From the NCBI GenBank assembly GCA_001769655.1, contig MEPC01000020.1:217922-281921 (forward strand): DNA of 64,000 bases, written 5' to 3'. The stretch comes from Bacteroidetes bacterium RIFCSPLOWO2_12_FULL_37_12 (lineage in GTDB: Bacteria > Bacteroidota > Bacteroidia > 2-12-FULL-37-12). The notes beneath the pieces were generated by a model, which saw only the letters and a program-made list of their open reading frames with translations, did not search any database and had not been told where the DNA came from. This document shows, one piece after another, positions 48,294 to 57,631 of the stretch. The position numbers were made by a program, and so were the translations under genes. Every line of letters starts with the position of its first letter. Positions within the stretch are counted from its first letter, which is position 1.

Positions 48294-49481
48294 TTAATGA
48301 AAAACCATTTTGTAAAAATCAACCAAGCGTTTGCTTTCATGATCCCACGAAAGTTCTTTCAGCACTCTATGATAACCAAATTCACCCATTTTTTTGCCGA
48401 TTTCCGGTGTATCTAATAAATACATTATTTTAGTCGCAAAATCTTCCACATCATTATGACGCACATATAAAGAAGCATCTCCAGCGGAAAATCTTCCTTC
48501 TTTTAAATCAAATTGCACGATAGGTTTTTTCAAAGCCATGTATTCCATAATTTTATTCATGGTGGAAAGGTTATTCATCTCGGTGGGTTTATCAGGATTA
48601 ACACAGATATCGCAGGTGTTTAAAACATCCACCATAAGCGTGTCATCAACTCTTCCGTAGAAGTCAACACAATCATCTATCTTCAATTGGGTAGCCAGTT
48701 TTTTAATTTTTTCCAAGTCAGTGCCACCTCCGACAATGGCAAACTGAATGTCGTTTCTTTTTTGTTTAATAAGTTTTACTGTCTGCATGAGAAGATCTAA
48801 TCCTTCCTGACCACCGATTACACCCAGATATCCAACCAAAAATTTTTTATTTTTCTTATATACCTGATTTCCATCCGTAATTTTCATTCTTTTAAGCCCC
48901 GGACCACTTCTGACAACAGTTACTTTATCAGGAGACATTTTTCCCCTACGGATGGCAATTTCCTTGTATGACTCATTAGTGGCAATGCTGAAATTTGCTG
49001 TCATAAAAGTTAGCCGTTCAAGCCATAACATAATTCTATAAAATAAATCTTTTCGTGCAAATTTTGCCAGGTAGAGTTCGGGGTTAATATCATGGTGGTC
49101 GAAAACATATTTTACTCCGAAAAGTTTGTAAGGTAACGCAGTTAAAAATATAAGGTCAGGGGGGTTACAGCCGTGAATGACATGAAACCGTTTATGGAGA
49201 AAAATTTTTAAACCCAACCATCCCTGCCAGAAAAGCGCAGTACTGTATTCCAGAAGATATCCGAATGCGCCGCTTCCTTCCATGGGTAAGGGATGCCTGA
49301 AGATTTCTATATCATCTATAACCTCATAACTTTTATTCTGCCCTTTCATTTTAGGGCAAATTATTGATATTTTTGCGCCTTCTTCTTTCAACGTGCATGC
49401 CTCTTGCCATACACGCCGGTCGAAAGGCGCTGATAAGTTTTCTATGATGATCAGGATGTGTTTACCAGCAAATGCCGACAT
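48294..49481 (-). CDS. Family 4 glycosyltransferase (GT-B)
   Basis: 395 aa with a C-terminal GT4 'E…E' region. Confidence 0.7.
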   Translation of the reverse strand: MSAFAGKHILIIIENLSAPFDRRVWQEACTLKEEGAKISIICPKMKGQNKSYEVIDDIEIFRHPLPMEGSGAFGYLLEYSTALFWQGWLGLKIFLHKRFHVIHGCNPPDLIFLTALPYKLFGVKYVFDHHDINPELYLAKFARKDLFYRIMLWLERLTFMTANFSIATNESYKEIAIRRGKMSPDKVTVVRSGPGLKRMKITDGNQVYKKNKKFLVGYLGVIGGQEGLDLLMQTVKLIKQKRNDIQFAIVGGGTDLEKIKKLATQLKIDDCVDFYGRVDDTLMVDVLNTCDICVNPDKPTEMNNLSTMNKIMEYMALKKPIVQFDLKEGRFSAGDASLYVRHNDVEDFATKIMYLLDTPEIGKKMGEFGYHRVLKELSWDHESKRLVDFYKMVFH

Positions 49482-50772
49482 AGTTATCTGAGGTTATCCG
49501 GTGAGGGTCAACTCTGACCAGATCAATAATAGTTTGGGTGGGTTTAATTAAATGGAGTGCCTTGGAAAATTCAGGAGATTTATTTCCAATAAGAATAATA
49601 TCAGAACCCTTAATCACATCTTCCATTTTTTTAAGTATGTGTTTAGAAATATGCGGGATACGTTGTTCTATAAATTCTTTATTTTTTCCTAGAAGTTTTG
49701 CTAAAAATACATTATTATCATAAATCCGGACCTTGTAATTTTTTCCAATCAGCATTTCGATGAGTGTTACCATCGGGCTTTCACGTAAATCATCGGTTCC
49801 TGCTTTAAAAGCAAAGCCAAGCACACCGATTTTTTTCTTACCCGTATTGTAAATCAACCGTAATGCTCTCTGGATATGGTATTCATTGCTATCAAGCAGT
49901 GAACTAAGCATTGGGATTTTCAGATCCAGATGATGGGCTTTATAAGTCAAAGCTCTTACATCTTTAGGAAGGCAGGAGCCACCGAAAGCAAAACCCGGTT
50001 TTAAATAATAAGGCGACAGATTGAGTTTCTTATCCTGAGCAACAATTTCCATTACCCGGTGGCTGTCTATCCCCAGCTCTTTGCAGATATTTCCTATTTC
50101 ATTGGCAAAAACGATCTTGGTTGCATGGAAATTATTATTTGCGTACTTAATCATTTCGGCTTCTTCAGGAGTTAGGCAGAAAATCGGGGAGGAAATCTGA
50201 CGGTATAATTTCTTTAATTCGATTTCACTTTTCCTGCAAGTAGCGCCAATAATGGTGTAAGGTGGTTCATAAAAATCTTTGACGGCAGTCCCCTCTCTTA
50301 AAAATTCAGGATTGGAAGCCATTCCGAATTCATGTGTCGGTCTTTTACCGGATGATTCTTCTATTAGTTTGACACAGTGCCTGATGGTTCCGGGAGAAAC
50401 CGTACTACGGATTACTATTGTATGAAAAGTTTTTTTTGCCTTCAGAGCAACTCCAATTTTAATGCAAACCTTGTGAATGTAAGATAAATCTATGTCGCCG
50501 TTTGCTAAGCTGGGTGTTCCGACACAGACAATGGAGATGTCAGAGTTTAAAATGGCTGAAATTTCATCGGTAGTGGCTAAAAGTTTTTTTGTTTTTATCC
50601 CTTTTTTTATCAATTCTTCCAAACCCTCTTCAATGATAGGTGATTTACCTTTATTAATAAGTTTTACTTTTTGAGGGGAAATATCAACCCCAATAACTCT
50701 ATTTCCATTATTGGCGAAACATGCGCTTGATACTGCTCCCACATAGCCGAGTCCGAAAATGCTTATATTCAT
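49462..50772 (-). CDS. Nucleotide-sugar 6-dehydrogenase (GDP-mannose 6-DH / UDP-GlcNAc 6-DH, WbpA-like)
   Basis: 'MNISIFGLGYVGAVSSACFA' Rossmann fold. At 436 aa the size and N-terminus are very close to AlgD/WbpA. Confidence 0.8.
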   Translation of the reverse strand: MNISIFGLGYVGAVSSACFANNGNRVIGVDISPQKVKLINKGKSPIIEEGLEELIKKGIKTKKLLATTDEISAILNSDISIVCVGTPSLANGDIDLSYIHKVCIKIGVALKAKKTFHTIVIRSTVSPGTIRHCVKLIEESSGKRPTHEFGMASNPEFLREGTAVKDFYEPPYTIIGATCRKSEIELKKLYRQISSPIFCLTPEEAEMIKYANNNFHATKIVFANEIGNICKELGIDSHRVMEIVAQDKKLNLSPYYLKPGFAFGGSCLPKDVRALTYKAHHLDLKIPMLSSLLDSNEYHIQRALRLIYNTGKKKIGVLGFAFKAGTDDLRESPMVTLIEMLIGKNYKVRIYDNNVFLAKLLGKNKEFIEQRIPHISKHILKKMEDVIKGSDIILIGNKSPEFSKALHLIKPTQTIIDLVRVDPHRITSDNYVGICW

Positions 50773-50869
50773 GCGGTATTTTTAAAGGGCAAATATCAAT
50801 GAAATATTTTGAATTACCTATTTTATCCTATACCCTATACCACAAAACGGAAAACACATAGGTTAGCCA

Positions 50870-51604
50870 CTACAAATACCCATTTGCCAGCACATCTGCA
50901 ATGTGCAGTACCTTAAGATTCAAATTGTTTTTCTGGATGTACCCATTCAAGTGCATCAGGCAGGAAAGATCTGAGGATATTAAATATTCCGCTTGTGTAT
51001 CGAGGGCATGTTGAATTTTTTGTTCCCCCATTGCCACTGAGATTGGCTCAAACTTGACAGCAAACGTACCCCCAAATCCGCAACAGGTTTCGGTATCTTT
51101 CATTTCGATGAGCGTTAAACCTTTTACATGAGCAAGGAGTTTTCGGGGCGCTGATTTAATTCCACACTCCCGCAAAGCACTACAGGAATCGTGATACGTG
51201 GCCGTGCCATTAAATGTAGCGCCGACATCAGTGACACCAAGCACATCGGTTAGAAATTCTGTAAACTCAAATAGATTTCTCTGGATTTGCTTGCAGGGGT
51301 TATAAAGCGAAGAATGTTGGAATAATTCATTGTAATAATTCCGAACCATTCCGGTACAAGATGCGCTCGGACAAACAATGTAGTTATCATTTGGAAAATC
51401 ACGGATAAATTTGGATGCCACTTCAAAAGCATCGTTCCAATGACCTGCATTAAAAGCAGTTTGACCGCAACAGGTTTGAGCAGGGTTGTAGTTTACTTTA
51501 CAACCCAATTTCTCCAGTACTTTCACCATATTGAATCCTGTTTCAGGATATATCTGGTCAATAAAGCAGGGGATGAAGAGGTCAACTTTGGTTTTGTCTG
51601 GCAT
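50870..51604 (-). CDS. (Fe-S)-binding CCG-domain protein (LutA / glycolate oxidase Fe-S subunit-like)
   Basis: Cysteine-rich 'FIPCFIDQ…CCGQ' and 'CPSASC…CCGFGG' CCG motifs, 244 aa. Confidence 0.65.
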   Translation of the reverse strand: MPDKTKVDLFIPCFIDQIYPETGFNMVKVLEKLGCKVNYNPAQTCCGQTAFNAGHWNDAFEVASKFIRDFPNDNYIVCPSASCTGMVRNYYNELFQHSSLYNPCKQIQRNLFEFTEFLTDVLGVTDVGATFNGTATYHDSCSALRECGIKSAPRKLLAHVKGLTLIEMKDTETCCGFGGTFAVKFEPISVAMGEQKIQHALDTQAEYLISSDLSCLMHLNGYIQKNNLNLKVLHIADVLANGYL

Positions 51605-51653
51605 TTATTAGAAATAAATTTAAAAAGAAAAAGTTTTGTAACTATTCAGCATG

Positions 51654-51800
51654 AAAAAAGTTCTCACGCAAAGTCGCGAAGAACGCAAAGAAAAAAGTCA
51701 GTAATGATTTTTTTTCTCTGCGTACTTAATACTTTGCGTACTTTGCGACTTTGCGTGACATAATAATTGCGAAAAAGAATACTCGCCTGAGTTTTTATAA
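51654..51800. repeat. About 150-bp structured intergenic repeat (MITE-like), copy 2 (see 4317–4467)
   Basis: About 85% identical to copy 1 and in the same orientation. Confidence 0.8.
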
Positions 51801-51804
51801 AGTT

Positions 51805-53127
51805 TTAACCCGTTACAACACCGTTTTTTTTGATTCGCAGCAAAACCAACATACACATCAGAAAGAACGCACTCAACATTAATGCTGAATACCGGATGTT
51901 TCCGGTTAAATCCGAAACAAATCCAAATGCAAAAGTACCGAAAACAATTGCCACTTTTTCACTGACATCATAAAAACTATAAAATGAAGCATACTCAGTG
52001 GGTCTTCCAGCAATCAGAGTTGCGTAAGTAGAACGGAAGAGTGATTGCATTCCTCCCATCATCATCCCAGCCATAAAAGCCATGATGTAAAAACCCGTTT
52101 CGGTCTTTAAAAAATATGCCCATACACTTATTCCAATCCAAACAAGAACACAAAAGCGCAAACCGGAGATGTTTCCTATTTTCCCCGATAAGAAAGCCAT
52201 TACATGCGCTCCAAAAATACCTAATAGCTGAGTCAGCAATATGGTAAGAATAAGTTTGAATGACGATAGTTGCAAAATCTGGGAACCATAAATGGTCGCC
52301 ATGTACAAAGCCGTTTGCAATCCCATGCTGGCAAAAAAATATCCGAGCAAATATTTTTTTAATAACGGATGAGCACTTGTATATTTCCATGCGAGTGATA
52401 ATTTTTTTAAACCGGATAAAGCCGATTGCTGACAATCTGTATTCAAACAGTGCTTTTCGTTTAGATTTAAAAAAGTGAATTGTGCAAACCCGAACCACCA
52501 TAATCCGGTAACGACAAATGAATACCGGATAAGTATGGTTCCCTCCATAAATTGTGCAGTTTCATTCCATTTTATGAAAACAAGAATCAGTACTAACAAA
52601 ACCGAACTTCCCAGGTATCCCAAAGAGAAACCCCTCGCTGAGATTTTATCAACATTATCTGTTCCGGCTATTTCGGGAAGAAAAGCGTTATAAAAAACAA
52701 TACTGGCTGTAAATCCCACCATTCCTAGTATAAAAAATAATACTCCCCATTCAAAAAATTCTTCTGTAAAAAAATAAAGCAATCCACAACTCATGCATCC
52801 CACATAGCAAAAGAATTTCATGAATTTTTTTCTGAGATTACCGGCATCGGCTATGCCCGATAAAAAAGGGATGATGAGCGCCACAATTAAAAAAGCTGCG
52901 GACAGCGAATAAGAATAAAGTGCAGAACTAGCCATTTTTATTCCCCAAAAATCAACAACGCATTGCAGTTGTCCTCCTGGCAGATTATTGCATAAGCCGG
53001 TTTTTTGTGATAGATGTTCGTAATAGACGGGAAAAATAGCGGACGTAATTACGAGTGAAAAAACGGAATTTGCCCAGTCGTACATGCACCAGGCGGTTTG
53101 GGTTTTGTGTTGTGGGTGGGGAGGCAA
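51805..53127 (-). CDS. MFS transporter (UMF1-like). The likely start MYDWANS is 14 codons in.
   Basis: 12 TM helices and a 'YDWANS' N-terminal motif. Confidence 0.6.
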   Translation of the reverse strand: MPPHPQHKTQTAWCMYDWANSVFSLVITSAIFPVYYEHLSQKTGLCNNLPGGQLQCVVDFWGIKMASSALYSYSLSAAFLIVALIIPFLSGIADAGNLRKKFMKFFCYVGCMSCGLLYFFTEEFFEWGVLFFILGMVGFTASIVFYNAFLPEIAGTDNVDKISARGFSLGYLGSSVLLVLILVFIKWNETAQFMEGTILIRYSFVVTGLWWFGFAQFTFLNLNEKHCLNTDCQQSALSGLKKLSLAWKYTSAHPLLKKYLLGYFFASMGLQTALYMATIYGSQILQLSSFKLILTILLTQLLGIFGAHVMAFLSGKIGNISGLRFCVLVWIGISVWAYFLKTETGFYIMAFMAGMMMGGMQSLFRSTYATLIAGRPTEYASFYSFYDVSEKVAIVFGTFAFGFVSDLTGNIRYSALMLSAFFLMCMLVLLRIKKNGVVTG

Positions 53128-53133
53128 TGGGAG

Positions 53134-53727
53134 CTAAATTTTTGGAAGAAGCCCTTTCATGATTTTCTTAACCGAATCATTCAAATTCATCTTATCAGTT
53201 CTGATTTCAACATCAGGATTCACAGGAGCTTCAAATGGGGAATCAATACCTGTAAAATTTTTAATCATTCCTATCCTCGCTTTTTTATAAAGACCTTTTA
53301 CATCCCGATGCTCGCAAACATTCAAGGGGCAATTTACATAAATTTCAAAAAATTCATTCCTTCCGACTAATTTTCTTATGGCTTGCCTCTCTTTTTTAAA
53401 TGGGGAGATAAACGCAGTTAGCACAATGATTCCTGCCTCTACAAACAATCTGGCTGTTTCACCGATTCTCCTTATATTTTCCGCCCTGTCTTCTTCACTA
53501 AAACCAAGGTCTTTACATAAGCCCTTACGGATATTGTCACCGTCAAGTAAATAAGTACGAAATCCCATTTTATGTAATCTTTCCTCAACTTTATTGGCAA
53601 GAGTGGATTTGCCGGATCCTGATAGTCCGGTAAACCAAATTATCAAGGAATTATGGTTATTTAAATGTTGGCGGTCTTTTTTGGAGATAGTGTGAGAATG
53701 GGGGATTATGAATTTAGGTGATGACAT
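53134..53727 (-). CDS. cysC: Adenylyl-sulfate (APS) kinase
   Basis: P-loop 'GLSGSGKSTLA' and 'YLLDGDNIR'. Confidence 0.9.
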   Translation of the reverse strand: MSSPKFIIPHSHTISKKDRQHLNNHNSLIIWFTGLSGSGKSTLANKVEERLHKMGFRTYLLDGDNIRKGLCKDLGFSEEDRAENIRRIGETARLFVEAGIIVLTAFISPFKKERQAIRKLVGRNEFFEIYVNCPLNVCEHRDVKGLYKKARIGMIKNFTGIDSPFEAPVNPDVEIRTDKMNLNDSVKKIMKGLLPKI

Positions 53728-53740
53728 TACTAATGATTTA

Positions 53741-53812
53741 GGATATACGGGTATAAAGTATATGGTTTAATGTATTAGGGTGGTATATCTATATACCTCT
53801 GTACCCAATACC
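53741..53812. promoter_or_regulatory. GGTATA-type repeat block (GGATATACGGGTATAAAGTATATGGTTTAATGTATTAGGGTGGTATATCTATATACC), related to the 38598–38690 block
   Basis: Read from the sequence. It is intergenic within the minus-strand operon. Confidence 0.5.
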
Positions 53813-53831
53813 TTTTCAGCATGAGTAACTA

Positions 53832-54320
53832 TCAGGTTTTTCGGATAAACTTTGCTGGATTTCCTGCCACAACTGTGAAAGGAGGAACATCTTTTGTAAC
53901 TACGCTACCGGCACCTACAAATGCATTTTCCCCAATAGTTAACCCACAAAGAATAGTGACACTGGAACCAACAGTCGCTCCTTTTTCTATATGTGTTTCA
54001 ATTACTTTCCAATCTGATTCGGTTGCCAATTCCCCACTTTCGTTTACCGCTCTTGGAAATTTATCATTAATAAAAGTAACATTATGTCCTATAAAAACAT
54101 TATCGTGTATATGAACTCCTTCGCAAATAAAAGTATGAGAAGATATTTTACAGTTTTTCCCGATAAATGCACCTTTTTGAATTTCTACAAATGCACCGAT
54201 TTTTGAATTATCATCTATGGAACAACCATACGCATTTACAAAATTGAATACTTTAACGTTTTTACCAAGCTTAACATTAATGAGGGATTGTTTTTCGTTG
54301 TTGATAGTAATCAGTTCCAT
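53832..54320 (-). CDS. Hexapeptide-repeat N-acetyltransferase (WbpD/PglD-like, acting on a UDP-amino-sugar)
   Basis: Left-handed beta-helix repeats '…GATVGSSVTILCGLTIGENAFVGAGSVVTKD…GNPA'. Confidence 0.7.
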   Translation of the reverse strand: MELITINNEKQSLINVKLGKNVKVFNFVNAYGCSIDDNSKIGAFVEIQKGAFIGKNCKISSHTFICEGVHIHDNVFIGHNVTFINDKFPRAVNESGELATESDWKVIETHIEKGATVGSSVTILCGLTIGENAFVGAGSVVTKDVPPFTVVAGNPAKFIRKT

Positions 54321-54328
54321 TTTTCTTA

Positions 54329-55333
54329 CTATAAAATTGTTTCCTTTCCTTTGTTCTTTATAGAGTACTGAGCCGCTTCCAGAATTTTGACCACTTCTAA
54401 CCCGGAGTTATAATCCGCCAACGGTTGTGTTCCGTTCAGGATGGCACTGATAAAATCTTCAGCCATTCCTCCCAATGCTTCTTTCATATCAATTTTAGGG
54501 GTATAAATATCTCCGGTTCTATAATCAACCAATATCTTTCTTTTTTCTTCATCGGTTTTTAATGAATATCCGGAGTCATATATTTTTACTTTCTCTGTGG
54601 GCTCCACATCGTTGTAAACCACCATTTTCTTATCACCCCCAATGAGCAGGTAACGGATCTTGACAGGCGAACTCCATGAACAATTAAAATGAGCAATGAT
54701 CCCAGATTGATAATTGACCGTCATGTATGCAATATTTTCAATGGAGCTATGTGTGTGGGATACCCCTACTGCCTGGATGCTGAATGGTGTTTCTTTTACC
54801 AAATGTGTAAGTATTGAAATATCATGGGGAGCCAGGTCCCAAAGAACATTTATATCGGGCTGAAATAGTCCAAGATTTATTCTGGTAGAGTCAAAATAAT
54901 TAATTTTTCCGATGGTACCTTTATCTACAATTTCTTTGATTTTTTTTACTGCGCCGTTGTATAAAAATGTATGGTCAACCATAAGCACTTTTTTTCTAAT
55001 CATAGAAATCTCAATCAACTCCTTGGCGCTGGCACTGGTATGAGTCATGGGTTTTTCTATAAGCACATGTTTATCGTTTTGTAAGGCATTTTTAGCAAGT
55101 TCGAAATGACTATAAACGGGGGTAACAATTACAACAGCATCAATTTCTGAATTATTGATAACTTCATCAGCAGATCTGGTAACCTGAAGAGCCGGGTAAA
55201 GCCGTTGAGCAGATTTTAAAACATCTTCTCTTAAATCAGCTAAGTGGGTAACCTGGCAGTTTTTTGTATTGTTAAAATTTCTAACAATATTTGGTCCCCA
55301 GTAACCGAAACCGATAATGGCTATTTTTAACAT
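54329..55333 (-). CDS. Gfo/Idh/MocA-family oxidoreductase (WbpB-like UDP-sugar 3-dehydrogenase)
   Basis: 'MLKIAIIGFGYWGPN' Rossmann N-terminus, 334 aa. Confidence 0.75.
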   Translation of the reverse strand: MLKIAIIGFGYWGPNIVRNFNNTKNCQVTHLADLREDVLKSAQRLYPALQVTRSADEVINNSEIDAVVIVTPVYSHFELAKNALQNDKHVLIEKPMTHTSASAKELIEISMIRKKVLMVDHTFLYNGAVKKIKEIVDKGTIGKINYFDSTRINLGLFQPDINVLWDLAPHDISILTHLVKETPFSIQAVGVSHTHSSIENIAYMTVNYQSGIIAHFNCSWSSPVKIRYLLIGGDKKMVVYNDVEPTEKVKIYDSGYSLKTDEEKRKILVDYRTGDIYTPKIDMKEALGGMAEDFISAILNGTQPLADYNSGLEVVKILEAAQYSIKNKGKETIL

Positions 55334-55383
55334 TTATTGTTTTGAGGCAAATATCCGATATCTTTAAACAATATCCAATCACT

Positions 55384-56511
55384 TCACAATACTTGTGTTT
55401 GTTGTGAAAAACCTTTTGCCCTTTCTGTTTGAATTTCCAATAATTTAGACACTATCCTTGTAGAGGTTTTCCCATCCCAAAGTTCAGGAATTTTTCCTTT
55501 TTTCCAAGTACCAGATAAAATTTTATCTACTAAATTTTTTAATTGACTTATGTCTTGAAGCAGTTCATTGGTTCCTACTTTAATGGTTTCAGGTCTTTCA
55601 GTATTCTTTCGCAAAGTAATACAAGGTATTCCCAAAACGGTTGTTTCTTCCTGAATTCCACCGGAATCGGTTATAACGGCTTTTGAGTTTTTTACTAAAT
55701 ACATAAATTCCAGATAACCCAATGGATCAATAGTAATAATATTTTGAAAATTTATTTTTATTTTTTTTAAATTATTTACGGTTCGCGGGTGAGCAGGAAA
55801 AACTACAGGCAAATTGCCGGCAGATATATTTATATGGTTCAAAATATTTTCCAACGAGGCGAGGTCATCCACATTGCTCGGCCTATGCAGGGTAAGAATG
55901 AAATAATTCTTATCTGATAAATTATAGGTATCCCAAAGTAAGGGTTTTTTAAGTTTATTCAGATTTGCTTGCAGTGTATCAATCATGGTGTTGCCGACAA
56001 AATGTATTCTTGATTGTTCTATTCCTGCTTTCAATAAATTGTCGTTGGCAAAACTGGAAGTAGTGAAAAAGTGATCCGCAAGTGCATCCGTTACCATTCG
56101 GTTGATTTCTTCTGGCATGGTAAGATCAAATGAACGGATACCGGCTTCAACATGAGCTAATTGAGTATTAAGTTTTTTAGCAATCACGCTACAAGCTAAA
56201 GTAGAATTTACATCACCCACTACTACAACGACATCTACAGGATTATTTATAAGTTCTTCTTCAAATCGGATCATGATGTTGGCTGTTTGAACTGCTTGCG
56301 AGCCGGAACCGACCCCCAGGTTAATGTCAGGAGGAGGAATTTCCAATTCGTGAAAAAAAGTATCGCTAAGCGCTTTATCGTAGTGCTGGCCTGTATGCAC
56401 TAAGCGGTATTGAATAGGGATGCCCATGGATTGTTGTTTACGAATTGCTCTGATGATAGGGGCAATTTTCATAAAGTTAGGGCGTGCTCCGGCAATGATT
56501 GTAACTTTCAT
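55384..56511 (-). CDS. wecB: UDP-N-acetylglucosamine 2-epimerase (non-hydrolysing)
   Basis: 'MKVTIIAGARPNFMKIAPII', 375 aa. Confidence 0.85.
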   Translation of the reverse strand: MKVTIIAGARPNFMKIAPIIRAIRKQQSMGIPIQYRLVHTGQHYDKALSDTFFHELEIPPPDINLGVGSGSQAVQTANIMIRFEEELINNPVDVVVVVGDVNSTLACSVIAKKLNTQLAHVEAGIRSFDLTMPEEINRMVTDALADHFFTTSSFANDNLLKAGIEQSRIHFVGNTMIDTLQANLNKLKKPLLWDTYNLSDKNYFILTLHRPSNVDDLASLENILNHINISAGNLPVVFPAHPRTVNNLKKIKINFQNIITIDPLGYLEFMYLVKNSKAVITDSGGIQEETTVLGIPCITLRKNTERPETIKVGTNELLQDISQLKNLVDKILSGTWKKGKIPELWDGKTSTRIVSKLLEIQTERAKGFSQQTQVL

Positions 56512-56571
56512 TTAGACCCTTGTTTTTTTTATAAGTTAGCAAAGTTAAATAAAAAAAACGATAGGTTTATA

Positions 56572-57603
56572 TTAATCTGGCTTGGTTAAAGAAAGCAATT
56601 CATTTACTAAAAATTGGGTTAACTGGTAATTGATGACATGCTTATGGGCAGAATTTTTCTTCTTGATTTCTATTTTTCCGATATCATTAATGTTATGTAT
56701 AAATTTGATTAAACCGGTTTTTTGCATATAGGCATCCAGCGAACCGAGCTTACCAGAGAATATTGAATAGACAGGAGTTCCCAGAAGAGCCGCTTCCCGG
56801 TTCATGGTTCCGCCACCGGAGATGACTAAGTCGGAATAATAGGCGGCGTTCATTCCATCAACAACATCAAGCGGTATGAAAAAGTTTGCTGAAACTAATT
56901 GTTGCAGTTGCTGATTCTGGAGTTGGGTTCTTGGCAGACAAATAGAATAAACATTGGGGTTGCTTTTCAAAAACTTTATCAATTCCATTAATAATGCTTC
57001 GCTTTGTTCATCGTGATAGTTTGCCTGTGTAGCGGGCGGGCGGAGAATGACTAAAATTAAATTACGGGGAATATTGTGTTTATCAAGAAAATCAGGGTCA
57101 GCAACAAAATCTTTCAAATATAACTCTTCTTTATATCCGGGATATTTTATTAATTTATTTTTTTTTGCACCGATTGCTTTAATGCCTTCTTCTGAAATAC
57201 CTTCCGGTATCCATAATTTTGTAGATAGTCGGCTGAAGATTATAGATTCTGTATGTTCGTAGTCCAATCCGCAGAATAAAGGGATTCTCATAAACCACGA
57301 ACAAATGGTTTGAGAACGGGAGCCGTGACATATTGAAGCATGAACTTTGTGTTTTTTTATGAATCTGTAAAGCTGGTAAGCTCTTATAAATAATCCAAGT
57401 AGTTTTAACAGTTTGTTTTTACCATAATGCTTTCCAATGGTGGTGAACGTTAGATTGGTTTTTTTTAACAAGGCAATGGTTTGAGCATAATCCCTGGCAG
57501 TAATAATTACCTTTTGGCTCCGTAATTCCAATTCTTTGACAATGGGAATAAACAAAGGGACATGAGGAGAGTTGTCCAGATCAATCCAAATAGTTTTAGT
57601 CAT
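56572..57603 (-). CDS. DUF354-like protein (GT-B / epimerase-like fold) that commonly accompanies sugar amidotransferases
   Basis: Size, N-terminus 'IWIDLDNSPHVPLF', and placement next to the AsnB-like gene. I have low confidence. Confidence 0.35.
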   Translation of the reverse strand: MTKTIWIDLDNSPHVPLFIPIVKELELRSQKVIITARDYAQTIALLKKTNLTFTTIGKHYGKNKLLKLLGLFIRAYQLYRFIKKHKVHASICHGSRSQTICSWFMRIPLFCGLDYEHTESIIFSRLSTKLWIPEGISEEGIKAIGAKKNKLIKYPGYKEELYLKDFVADPDFLDKHNIPRNLILVILRPPATQANYHDEQSEALLMELIKFLKSNPNVYSICLPRTQLQNQQLQQLVSANFFIPLDVVDGMNAAYYSDLVISGGGTMNREAALLGTPVYSIFSGKLGSLDAYMQKTGLIKFIHNINDIGKIEIKKKNSAHKHVINYQLTQFLVNELLSLTKPD

Positions 57604-57631
57604 AATACAGTTTTGTTTTTAGAGGTTCCCT

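Noticed and set aside
50870-51604. The LutA-like CCG-domain Fe-S protein as part of a lactate-utilisation lutABC operon
   Set aside because: No lutB or lutC homologs are adjacent. It is flanked by the MITE-like repeat and the EPS operon promoter, so it is called only as an orphan (Fe-S)-binding protein.
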